The notes under the pieces are model-generated. The model saw only the letters and a program-made list of their open reading frames with translations. It was not told where the DNA came from and did not search any database. This document shows positions 10,842 to 21,703 of a stretch of DNA of 64,000 nucleotides, one piece after another; position 1 is the first letter of the stretch, and every line of letters starts with the position of its first letter. The DNA comes from Eledone cirrhosa. Its lineage: Eukaryota. The translations under genes and the position numbers were made by a program. The DNA is taken from positions 308,884,001 through 308,948,000 of the forward strand of contig OZ024742.1 in the NCBI GenBank assembly GCA_964016885.1, written 5' to 3'.

Positions 10842-11350
10842 CCATCACTGCATTTCTAACAACTAGTTCACGGGATTTCTATCGTAAAATCTGGTTTTTC
10901 TCACCGATGATTCATTCCTTCGGTGATATGTATTGGTAACAGACCTGTTAACTCTCCTCGTCCGACGGGGAGATCTCCCAACCACTTTGGGGTGGGTGAG
11001 AGTTGTCTTTTCTTGTGAAAATGGGTATATCTTTCATTTTGCCTCATTCCTCCCCGTTTTGGGGCACTTTTTTCATGATACTTCCCCTTTGGGTTTTTAG
11101 AGGATAGCAGATAACCATCACTGCATTTCTAACCTAGGTGATAAAATGTGATTAAACTGACAAGTAGTTCACGGAATTTCTTCCATAAAACCCAGTTTTT
11201 CCTACCTATGGTTCTTTTCTTCAGTGATATACATACAGGGTGTCCCAAAAATGTATACACACTTCAACATCACTCTAATAAATATTGCCTGTACAGGTAA
11301 TCAAAGTGTGTATACATTTTGGGGGGACACCCTGTATATCGGTAAGAGCT
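10842..11350 (+). repeat. Diverged tandem duplication, ~273-bp offset
   Basis: CCATCACTGCATTTCTAAC at 10842 and 11115, each followed by TAGTTCACGG..TTTCT..TAAAA..GTTTTTC..GTGATAT..GGTAA. Confidence 0.75.
11236..11334. mobile_element. Tc1/mariner-type MITE (99 bp)
   Basis: TIRs CAGGGTGTCCC-AAAAATGTATACACACTT and AAGTGTGTATACATTTT-GGGGGGACACCCTG, each flanked by TA. Confidence 0.85.
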
Positions 11351-11700
11351 AAACACTTATCGAGCAGCCTTCTTTATTGTATAACGGGCACTTTCAATCA
11401 TTTGTATTTTCATACGGACATAATACAACCCTTATCGAGTCCTCTGAGGATTTTGGCCTTCAAATTTATTATTACTACTTTATATACATATATATATATA
11501 TATATTTATATATATATGATGATGATGATGATGATTTTATAAATCAGTTCTTTTCTATATATAATAAAGATGCCTGTACACTTCCAACGCATTGAGTACT
11601 TTTTTAACTGTAGTTACACCATAATTTCTTTTCTTATTAGCAACAAAATATAAGCCTAAACTAACCAAAACACACCAAACAAAATTGCTCAAATATATCC

Positions 11701-11736
<36 letters not shown>

Positions 11737-11812
11737 ATAAATTAACGGACCTATAGACTCTCACTATTCCCTGTCAATAATGTGCTCAAAGAAAAAGTAA
11801 TCCTGAACTCTT

Positions 11813-12075
11813 TAAAATACAATATGTTGGAAAGGTAACACTAGAGAGAGATAGTGCGCCATCAATAAAACAGGGAAAAACCACCAGTGTATGGAATCGT
11901 GTGTGTATTATATAGTTATAGAGGTACGTATATACATTTTAATTTATATTTTTAATTGTTGTGTGTCTACCCTGCCTTCCATAGATTATAGATTCCATAC
12001 ACTGGTGGTTTTTCCCTGTTTTATTGATGGCGCACTATCTCTCTCTAGTGTGTTACCTTTTCAACATGTATTTTA
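11813..12075. repeat. Long inverted repeat (~85-bp arms, ~60 bp perfect, 92-bp spacer)
   Basis: 11839-11898 is the exact reverse complement of 11991-12050; the outer parts match with small indels. Confidence 0.9.
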
Positions 12076-12132
12076 TATATATATATATATAAAACAGGTT
12101 TCCAGGAAATTTCCATTTACCAAGTGATAAAT

Positions 12133-12203
12133 ATTGTTTCTACTTTTTTGGCACAAGGCCAGCAATTACCCAGTACATTACTGGTACTTTATTTCATCGA
12201 CCC
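12133..12203 (-). mobile_element. 5'-truncated SINE (3' tail only)
   Basis: TTGTTTCTACTTT..GGCACAAGGCCAGCAATTACCCAGT..TTACTGGTACTTTATTTCATCGACCC. Confidence 0.8.
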
Positions 12204-12523
12204 AGGTTGTGTTATTCGTGGTGATGGCCACAGAAATGTGATTGAAATAGCCCAATATATCACCTTTGATAAGATTCGAACCCGTTATGATTTCCAAATA
12301 AACCAGTTTCTTTGTTTCTGTAAATTCTCAGATACTATGAGTACGTAGTGAATCGCTTATTAAAAGACAAAATTTCTTACGAGGTGGGAGAACGATACGA
12401 ACTTGCAACGACATATTTGATTTTGATGTTTATTTACTTTTTACTTAAGTACAATATTATATTTGCCAAATTCAGAAGGACTTGCAGACACACGGACAGA
12501 AATTCGTACTTATTATTATAAGA

Positions 12524-12700
12524 CAGTATCGGTAGAGGATCGGACACCATGCTTTGACGCATAGAGATTACGGCCCTTGCCATTCTGAGTTCAAATCCCA
12601 CCGAGGTTAACTTTGCCTTTCATCCTTACGAGGTCGATAAAATAAAATACCAGTAAAACGCTGGGATAATTGCTGGCCTTGTGCCAAAAGTAGAAACAAT
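12524..12700 (+). mobile_element. tRNA-derived SINE, subfamily B, slightly 5'-truncated
   Basis: Sense-strand copy with the CATGCTTTGACGCATAGAG..CGGCCCTTGCCATTCTGAGTTCAAATCC variant; flanked by a ~17-bp direct repeat TTATTATAAGACAGTAT. Confidence 0.9.
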
Positions 12701-13879
12701 TATTATAAGACAGTATAGGGTGGGGATTAGCAGTATCGGTAGACGTGTAGATCATATTGTTGGTCCACCTATTGATAAGCCTTCCACGGTATAAATCTAC
12801 ATTTTATTTGTGGCGAAACATGGTATACAGTATATCCAGGTGTTATAGTTATAAACGGGTGGTTTGTATATTTTAATTTATTCTTTTAATTTTTATGTAT
12901 TCTCCACTCCTTTCGTAGACAGTATGTTTTTCACTCTGTTGGTATTGTATCCCCCATAATTGAATACATACCTCTTTGTGTATTTTTCTATGTATACTGT
13001 CTTATAAAGAGCCCAGAATCTATACCTTGAGCTCATTAAATTACAGGGGATTAACGTGAGTCTTTAACTCCGTTTTTTAATTTGATATTTATTATTATAG
13101 ATATTCTTTTGCTTAAGTCATAAACAAGAATATTTAAACCAAATGAGAAACAAATATTTTGATTAATTTGTTTACGTCTAGATGCTGGTTTTCTCCGAAC
13201 TGGTCAGGTTGTGGTGCAGCTGTTGCTGTTGTCGCTTTTCTCACAAATAGCCAATCAATTATGATACAGCTGCTGTGATAATTAACTGAGAAATAGAAAT
13301 ATACTCCTTATAGATTTCTAAAATTAGCACTGAATTACAATGTTTCCGTTTTTGCTTTTTAATTTAATTTAATTTAATAATATAAAACCTTATAACCAGA
13401 CAGAACGTATCTCGTATTAAATTATTCAATGTAACTGTGTGTGTTTTTAATCAGTAGAGTATGTTATTTGGCTGTTATTTCTAGCATGTCCACAGATCAC
13501 ATACAGGATCCCACTTTGATTAGGAGTTTCTAATATTGTTTAGGTTGATAATAAGTATGCTTAATAGTGAAGTGGTTGATTGTAGATTGTAATTAACGTT
13601 ATTTTTGCTGTTGGTGTTGTAGTCATGACGACAAATTTCGAGATATCATTGATCTCTACTCAAGTGTTCAAATCGATTGTATTCAAGATCGATGACATTG
13701 TTTTTATTAATTCATTTAAAAATCAATTTTCAAAACTTGTTTTCTAAAGTGCAGTTATTGATATATTTCATAGGACAATATATTACAAGAACTGTTTCAT
13801 TAATATGTCAAACGCAAAAGCATCAAATTTGTAGGAGCGTTAATATATTGGTCAAAATAACGTATGAGAATTTCGGCGC

Positions 13880-14020
13880 GATGTGACTTGAGTTCAAATC
13901 CTGTCGAGGTAAACTTTACCTTTCAGTGTTAATAAATAAAGTTTTAGTCTAAGGCGATGGGCTAACGAAGCCAGTAGTGCGCCTAATTTTATGCCTTGTG
14001 GTATTTGTTCCGACTCTTGA
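13880..14020 (+). mobile_element. Degenerate SINE fragments
   Basis: TGAGTTCAAATCCTGTCGAGGTAAACTTTACCTTTCA (B box plus core), followed by a degenerate 5' head. Confidence 0.5.
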
Positions 14021-14283
14021 GACATTTGTTCTGGCTCTTGTGGATTTGTTCTATTCCCGCCGTGGCTATTTAGATAGTAAACATAATCAGTTGCCCGGTT
14101 TAACACTGACTCTCGGATGATTTTAGTGACGGAGTCCATTTGGTTGTATTTCAGTCATGTATGTGGTTTTAGAATACCTTCCACCTTTCACCCCACCAAT
14201 TTTGGAGGTCCTGACAGGGGTGGGTCGTCGGTACTACCTTTCTTTCACGTTAAGTAAATCCATGCGAAAAATAAATTATTTTT

Positions 14284-14456
14284 ATTTTGAGCACAAGGCC
14301 AGCAATTTGGGGGAGAGGAAAGTCGATTAAATCGACCCCAGTGAGTTACTGGTACTTTATTTTAGGCAAAGTTAACCTCGGCGGGATTTGAACTCAGTCC
14401 TTAAAGGGGCGTAACTCTAGGCTGCAACCGACCCTCTACCGATACTGCCAATCCAT
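14284..14456 (-). mobile_element. tRNA-derived SINE, variant with longer 3' region and internal deletions
   Basis: Shares the head, B box and GCACAAGGCCAGCAATT tail; has extra GGGGAGAGGAAAGTCGATTAAATCGACCCCAGT. Confidence 0.85.
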
Positions 14457-14636
14457 ATAATAAAAACTCTATTAAACAAAAAGAGAAGCAGTGGAAGACA
14501 AATTGAAGAAGGGAGAGATGGAGGGAGGTGAGGAGGGGGTTAAGAATGAATTGTTAAAAGACTAAAAGAGGTCGTGGATTTGACCGCAAGAGAAGAGACA
14601 GGTGTGAGAGTTGAAACTAAGATGGTGGTAAATAAC

Positions 14637-14820
14637 TGTTTCTACGTTAGGCACAAGGCCAGCAATTACCCAGTGCATTACTGGTACTTTATTTTATCGA
14701 CCCCGTAAGGATGAAAGGCAAAGTTAACCTCGGCGGGATTTGAACTCAGAATGGCAAGGGCCGTAACTCTATACGTCAAAGCATGGCGTCCGACCCTCTA
14801 CCGATACTGCCAATCCACCG
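14637..14820 (-). mobile_element. tRNA-derived SINE, subfamily B
   Basis: Full core; TSD GATGGTGGTAAATAAC at 14621-14636 and 14820-14835. Confidence 0.9.
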
Positions 14821-14835
14821 ATGGTGGTAAATAAC

Positions 14836-15019
14836 AGTTTCTACTTTAGGCACAAGGCCAGCAATTATCCAGTGCATTACTGGTACTTTATTTTATCGAC
14901 CCCGTAAGGATGAAAGGCAAAGTCAACCTCGGCGGGATTTGAACTCAGATCGTAAAGGGACGTAACTATGCTGGAAAGCATGGCGTCCGACCCTCTACCG
15001 ATACTGCCAATCCACCGCC
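14836..15019 (-). mobile_element. tRNA-derived SINE, subfamily A, tandem with the preceding copy
   Basis: Full core; followed by a third copy of GTGGTAAATAAC at 15021-15032. Confidence 0.9.
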
Positions 15020-15145
15020 TGTGGTAAATAACGGGAGATTAAAGTGTGGTGTTTGCGATGATTGGTGAGTTGGTGTCGGTGAGGTGTGGCAGGGCTGTAG
15101 TAACATTTGTGGGTGAGAGAAACAAACCGAATATAAGTGGGCGAC

Positions 15146-15229
15146 GAAGAAGAAGAAGAAGAAGAAGAAGAAGGAGAAGAAGAAGAAGAAGAAGAAGAAG
15201 AAGAAGAAGAAGAAGAAGAAGAAGAAGAA
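15146..15229. repeat. (GAA)n microsatellite
   Basis: Direct inspection. Confidence 0.95.
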
Positions 15230-15479
15230 TCTATAAGAAAAAATGAATAAGTTATTGAAAATATTTGAGGTAAAGTTAAAAAAAAACAACTTAAAATAAA
15301 TTATAGTGAAATAGTGTAAGAAATGGGTGGACGCAATATGGCTGAATGGTAAAGATATTTGCTTTATATTAGGTCTAGGTTTGATCACACTGCGTGGGAT
15401 GTAGAGCAAGTATCATTTACCATGGCCGAGATTCGAAACATACCTTGTGAGGGAAATTGGGTAGACAGAAACTGTTTGG

Positions 15480-15835
15480 AAGCCTGTCGTATTATTCCAG
15501 TATCAGAAAAGATCTCCGTCGGTTTCGACGATGTTCCAATTGTTCGATCAACGGGACAGTCTGCCCATGAAAGTGGCTGAGCATTCCACAGATACGTCTG
15601 CCTTTAATATAATTCTCAGGGAGATTCTGCATGATATAGTGTGTGAAACAAGGCTGGTACTTTCAATTACAAGTAGAGCTCATTCAACAGGCTTCCAAAG
15701 AGTTTCAGTCTAGAAAATGTTACTCCTAACTTGTAGGTCGACCCGAGGTTATACTTGCCCAAGATATGACGCTGTCGCATCGAACATTGGACCTAGTAAA
15801 TGCAAAGCAAACCTCTTAACCATTCGGCCATACCG
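15480..15835 (-). mobile_element. Old, longer tRNA-derived SINE of a second family
   Basis: Minus-strand head TGGCCGAATGGTTAAG (A box) ... GTTCGATGC (B box-like) ... TCTTGGGCAAGT (CORE-like). The body resembles a common cephalopod repeat as I recall it; not verified. Confidence 0.5.
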
Positions 15836-16289
15836 TGTCCACGAAGACATTGTAAGTTAAAAGTGTCAGTATTAAGAAAAGTGAGATTAATGTTTAGCCT
15901 ATTATAGAAACCTAAATCAATAATATTAAGAAGATATAAAAGAGGATAGGATAATGGTCATAAGAAGAAAAAGTGTTGGTGGTGGTTGTAATGGATAAAG
16001 AAAGACAGGAAGAATGAAACATTGCTTGAAATATCAGTTTAAAAAATGTCTTCTGTAATGGTTGTTTCAGCACAACCGTAAACTGTCAATCCTCTAGCAC
16101 CATCAACACCACAATCAAATCAAAAATTATCAGTACTACAAGAACTTCCGACATCACTGAGAGTAGTAAATTGGTTTTTAAATCAATAACTGCGAGCTTA
16201 TTATCTCAAGCGTCGACATATATCATATGATATTTTCTTCGTGTTCCTTGGCTCCATACATTTACAGAATTAATCTCTCATATACGCAT

Positions 16290-16352
16290 ATGTGCATGTA
16301 TCTGTATGAGTTTGTATGTATTTTTTCTGTGTGTGTATGTATGTGTGTATAT

Positions 16353-16421
<69 letters not shown>

Positions 16422-17215
16422 TGTTTGCATGTGTGTAATGTATTAACGTATGTGTGTGCTTGTGTATCTGCGTGTGTGATTGGGCTAATTTGCCAGAAGT
16501 ATTTGCGTTTATATGTGTGTATGGATGTGTTAAGTATGCATATGTACATGTATATCTCTCTCTCTTTCTCTCTCTCTTTCTCTATTTCTCTCTCTATCTC
16601 TCTATCTCTCTATCTCTCTCTCTCTCTGTTTACATATGTGTAGTATGTTCACGTATGTGTGTGTGTCTGTGTGTATTTGTGCATGTTGTGTGTGAATGAT
16701 TGAGCTAATCTGTTAGAAATGTAAGTGTGCGTGTGTGTGTATAGATGTGTTAGGTGTGCATGTGTACATGTATGTGTGCGTGTGTTTTCTCTTAGTGTGT
16801 AATTGCATATGGGTAATGTGTTCGCGTATATGTGTGCGCGTGTCTATGTGTATGTTTGCGCTAATCTAGCAAAAGTATGTTTGTGTGGGCATAAATGTGT
16901 TAGATACACATGTGTACTGTCATGTGTTTTCGAAAAAAATAAAACATGAAGGAAGTTAGCTATGTTGCATGTAAGCAGTTATGTACATGCATGTGTGTGT
17001 ATGCGTGTGCGTTTGTGTGTGTATGTGTGTGAGTGTATGTGTGTGTATGTGCTTGTGTGTGTGTGTGTGTGTGTGTGTCTGTATGTGTGTGTGTGCGTTT
17101 GTCTGTCTGTGTGTGTGTCTGTCTGTGTGTGTCTGTGTGTGTATGTGTCTGTCTGTGTGTGTCTGTGTGTGTGTATGTGTGTGTGTGTGCATGCGTGTGT
17201 GTGTGTGTGTGTGCA
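16290..17215. repeat. Degenerate (TG)n/(TC)n/(TGTC)n low-complexity region
   Basis: Direct inspection. Confidence 0.85.
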
Positions 17216-17350
17216 ATATGCCATATTTGTCAGTGTCTTCCAAACGCTGTTGGTAACATTCTCATACAAAGATGTGTAGCATCCTGCTGCCTAAGGGAGA
17301 AACATTTTATTTTCTGTTTGCTGTTGATATCATATTAATGAACTAAATAA

Positions 17351-17522
17351 TTGTTTCTACTTTAGGCACAAGGCCAGCAATTACCCAGTGCATTACTGGT
17401 ACTTTATTTTATCGACCCCGTAAGGATGAAAGGCAAAGTCAACCTCGGCGGGATTTGAACTCAGATCGTAAAGGGACGTAACTATGCTGGAAAGCATGGC
17501 GTCCGACCCTCTACCGATACTG
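17351..17522 (-). mobile_element. tRNA-derived SINE, subfamily A, 5'-truncated
   Basis: Near-identical to 10060-10238. Confidence 0.9.
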
Positions 17523-17603
17523 ATATTGATATATGTGTTTGTGTGTGAGTATGTGTATATATATATGTGTGTGTGTGTGCGTGCGCGTGCGTGCGTATCA
17601 GTG

Positions 17604-17662
<59 letters not shown>

Positions 17663-17663
17663 T

Positions 17664-17730
<67 letters not shown>

Positions 17731-17757
17731 TTGTATGTATGTATATATATATATGTG

Positions 17758-17804
<47 letters not shown>

Positions 17805-17807
<3 letters not shown>

Positions 17808-18644
17808 CCACATCTCTACCTCTTCCGACCACCGCTTCTTGGATTACCCACACGTGAAATTGACTTCTAACCAAAATCTGCAAACACCCGTGGAACTTAC
17901 CAACTTTTCAACCATCCTCTTACACCATCACCTATATAACTCACCCACACACACACCCCAACAAAAAATTTTTTATCCACACGCCACCCACACCCACAAC
18001 ACGCTTAAACCACACACACGTGCTTCCCACCACATATTTACACCCTCAGCCTCCTGATTCCTCTCCCCCCACCCCCCTATCCACACACGCACAGACACTC
18101 CGACCCACAAAAACACCCCCCACACACACCTTCCTGAACATGCAACCCCGTTCTTCCCCCAACCCTCACTTTCACATACACACACACACACACACACACA
18201 TGCACACCTAACCACACACACCACCTTCAGCCCTCCCCGCTCGGACACCCCGTCTCCCTCTCTCCACTCCACCCGCCACCACCCCTACTCACCCCACACC
18301 CTTCCACCACCTGTTTACCCCCCTTTTAATTTCAGTTTATTTTGATCATGCCTTTATTTTTAAATTTTCTCATTCCTTGTATTTTGATCATGCTTTATTT
18401 TTATTTATTATTTATTATATTTTTTGTCTTTATTTGTTAATTTTTCATTCGCACCGTTTCCTTTCGCTATATGTCTCTCCACCACTCCCCTACACACCTT
18501 TTGAACTCTGTTCCCACACACTTCTCACCTGAAGAAGGGCTTATGCCCGAAACGTCGTCCCCCACCTACCCCCCACTCTCCTGAGCGTGAATTTAATAAA
18601 CATTTATCGTACTGCCTCTCTGTTCTGTCCCTGTTCAATTTTTC

Positions 18645-18648
<4 letters not shown>
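17805..18648 (+). mobile_element. Non-coding 3' portion of HHR-bearing (PLE-like) family, second copy
   Basis: Homologous to 8263-8990 (inverted); flanked by (TA)n on both sides; AATAAA at 18595-18600. Confidence 0.7.
18527..18558 (+). ncRNA. Minimal hammerhead ribozyme motif with intact catalytic core
   Basis: CTGAAGA - A - GGGC-TTAT-GCCC - GAA-ACGT-C: core boxes are exact, with palindromic ACGT stem III and a GUC triplet. Only 2 bp of stem I (AC/GT) are evident. Confidence 0.6.
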
Positions 18649-18987
<339 letters not shown>

Positions 18988-19162
18988 ATCTGTGTGTGTG
19001 TGCATCTGTGTGTGTGTGTGAGTATGTGTGTGTGTGTGTATTAATATTAATAAAACTTGTCGCATTTAATAAATTCTGAATAACTTATATAGTTCCCAAC
19101 GAGAATTGAAAGAAAGAAAATAGCAGACGTTATAAAGCCGAGGGAGATGAACCTGGAAAGTA

Positions 19163-20632
19163 TAAAGTTATAGTAGAGCTGTGTAAAGTTATGGTAGAGC
19201 TGTGTAGAGTTATAGTAGAGCTGTGTAAAGTTATAGTAGAGCTGTGTAAAGTTATGGTAGAGCTGTGTAGAGTTATAGTAGAGCTGTGTAAAGTTATGGT
19301 AGAGCTGTGTAAAGTTATAGTAGAGCCGTGTAAAGTTATAGTAGAGCTGTGTAAAGTTATGGTAGAGCTGTGTAAAGTTATGGTAGAGCTGTGTAGAGTT
19401 ATAGCAGAGCTGTGTAAAGTTATAGTAGAGCTGTGTAAAGTTATGGTAGAGCTGTGTAGAGTTATAGTAGAGCTGTGTAAAGTTATGGTAGAGCTGTGTA
19501 AAGTTATAGTAGAGCCGTGTAAAGTTATGGTAGAGCTGTGTAGAGTTATAGTAGAGCTATGTAAAGTTATAGTAGAGCTGTGTAGAGTTATAGTAGAGCT
19601 GTGTAAAGTTATAGTAGAGCTGTGTAAAGTTATGGTAGAGCTGTGTAAAGTTATGGTAGAGCTGTGTAAAGTTATAGTAGAGCTATGTAAAGTTATAGTA
19701 GAGCTGTGTAAAGTTATAGTAGAGCTGTGTAAAGTTATGGTAGAGCTGTGTAAAGTTATAGTAGAGCTGTGTAAAGTTATAGTAGAGCTGTGTAAAGTTA
19801 TAGTAGAGCTGTGTAAAGTTATAGTAGAGCTGTGTAAAGTTATAGTAGAGCTGTGTAAAGTTATAGTAGAACTGTGTAAAGTTATGGTAGAGCTGTGTAA
19901 AGTTATGGTAGAGCTGTGTAAAGTTATAGTAGAGCTGTGTAAAGTTATGGTAGAGCTGTGTAAGGTTATGGTAGAGCTGTGTAAAGTTATGGTAGAGCTG
20001 TGTAAAGTTATGGTAGAGCTGTGTAAAGTTGTGGTAGAGCTGTGTAAAGTTATAGTAGAGCTGTGTAAAGTTATGGTAGAGCTGTGTAAAGTTATGGTAG
20101 AGCTGTGTAAAGTTATAGTAGAGCTGTGTAAAGTTACGGTAGAGCTGTGTAAAGTTATGGTAGAGCTGTGTAAAGTTATGGTAGAGCTGTGTAAAGATAT
20201 GGTAGAGCTGTGTAAAGTTATGGTAGAGCTGTGTAAAGTTATAGTAGAGCTGTGTAAAGTTATGGTAGAGCTGTGTAAAGATATGGTAGTGCTGTGTAAA
20301 GTTATGGTAGAGCTGTGTAAAGTTATAGTAGAGCTGTGTAAATTTATGGTAGAGCTGTGTAAGGTTATGGTAGAGCTGTGTAAAGTTATGGTAGAGCTGT
20401 GTAAAGTTATGGTAGAGCTGTGTAAAGTTATGGTAGAGCTGTGTAAAGTTATAGTAGAGCTGTGTAAAGTTATGGTAGAGCTGTGTAAAGTTATGGTAGA
20501 GCTGTGTAAAGTTATGGTAGAGCTGTGTAAAGTTATGGTAGAGCTGTGTAAAGTTATGGTAGAGCTGTGTAAAGTTATAGTAGAGCTGTGTAAAGTTATG
20601 GTAGAGCTGTGTAAAGTTATGGTAGCGCTGTG
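19163..20632. repeat. 21-bp minisatellite (TAAAGTTAT[A/G]GTAGAGCTGTG)n, ~70 units
   Basis: Uninterrupted 21-bp period over ~1470 bp; the variants I saw are substitutions only. Confidence 0.97.
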
Positions 20633-20704
20633 GGGGAAATATTTTCGAGAAATGAATTTGAATCAAATTGAAATATATCTACTTTTTACTTGAACGAGTG
20701 GGGT

Positions 20705-21672
20705 GGAGAGAGAGAAACAGACATAGACATACAGACAGAGACTGACAGAGACAGGCAAAGAGAGAGACAGAAACAGAAAAAGACAGACAGATACTCACAG
20801 AGACAGAGACAGACAGAGACAGACAGAGACAGGCAGAGATAGGCAGAGACAGGCAGAGACAGGCAGAGACTGACAGAGACAGACAGAGGCAGAGACAGAC
20901 AAAGACAGACAGAGAGAGACAGAGGGAGACAGAGAGAGACAGAGACAGAGACAGACAGAGACAGACAGAGACAGGCAGAGACAGGCAGAGTCTGACAGAG
21001 ACAGACAGAGGCAGAGACAGACAGAGAAAGGCAGAGACTGACAGAGAGAGACAGAGACAGAGACAGAGACAGACAGAGACAGACAGAGAGAGATAGAGAC
21101 AGGCAGAGAGAGACAGAGAGAGGCAGAGACAGAGACAAACAGAGACTGACAGAGACAGAGACAGACAGAGACAGGGACAGGCAGAGAGAGACTGACAGAG
21201 ACAGAGAGAGAAAGACAGAGACAGACAGAGACAGGCAGAGAGAGACAGAGAGAGACAGAGAGAGACAGAGAGAGACAGAGACAGACAGAGACAGAGACAG
21301 ACAGAGACAGACAGAGACAGAGACAGACAGAGACAGAGACAGGCAGAGACAGACAGAGACAGACAGAGACAGACAGAGACAGACAGAGACAGAGAGAGAC
21401 AGACAGAGACAGACAGAGACAGACAGAGACTGACAGAGACAGGCAGAGACAGACAGAGACAGACAGAGACTGACAGAGACAGACAGAAACAGACAGAGAC
21501 TGACAGAGACAGACATAGATAGACAGAGACTGACAGAGACAGAGACAGACAGAGACAGACAGAGAGAGGCAGAGACAGAGACAGACAGAGACTGACAGAG
21601 ACAGGAAGAGACAGACAGAGACAAGCAGAGGCAGAGACAGACAAAGACAGAGAGAGACAGGTAGAGAGAGAC

Positions 21673-21703
<31 letters not shown>

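Noticed and set aside
12481-12523. Helitron-like 5' end on the minus strand (TCTTATAATAATAAG...TGTCCGTGTGTCTG)
   Set aside because: It overlaps the SINE TSD and no matching 3' hairpin/CTRR was found.
13894-14139. 81-aa minus-strand ORF with a short ~21-bp triple repeat
   Set aside because: It overlaps degenerate SINE fragments, has no recognisable domain and has no splice support.
19163-20632. CRISPR-like or telomeric array
   Set aside because: Contiguous units without unique spacers, no cas genes, eukaryotic context, and not TTAGGG-like.
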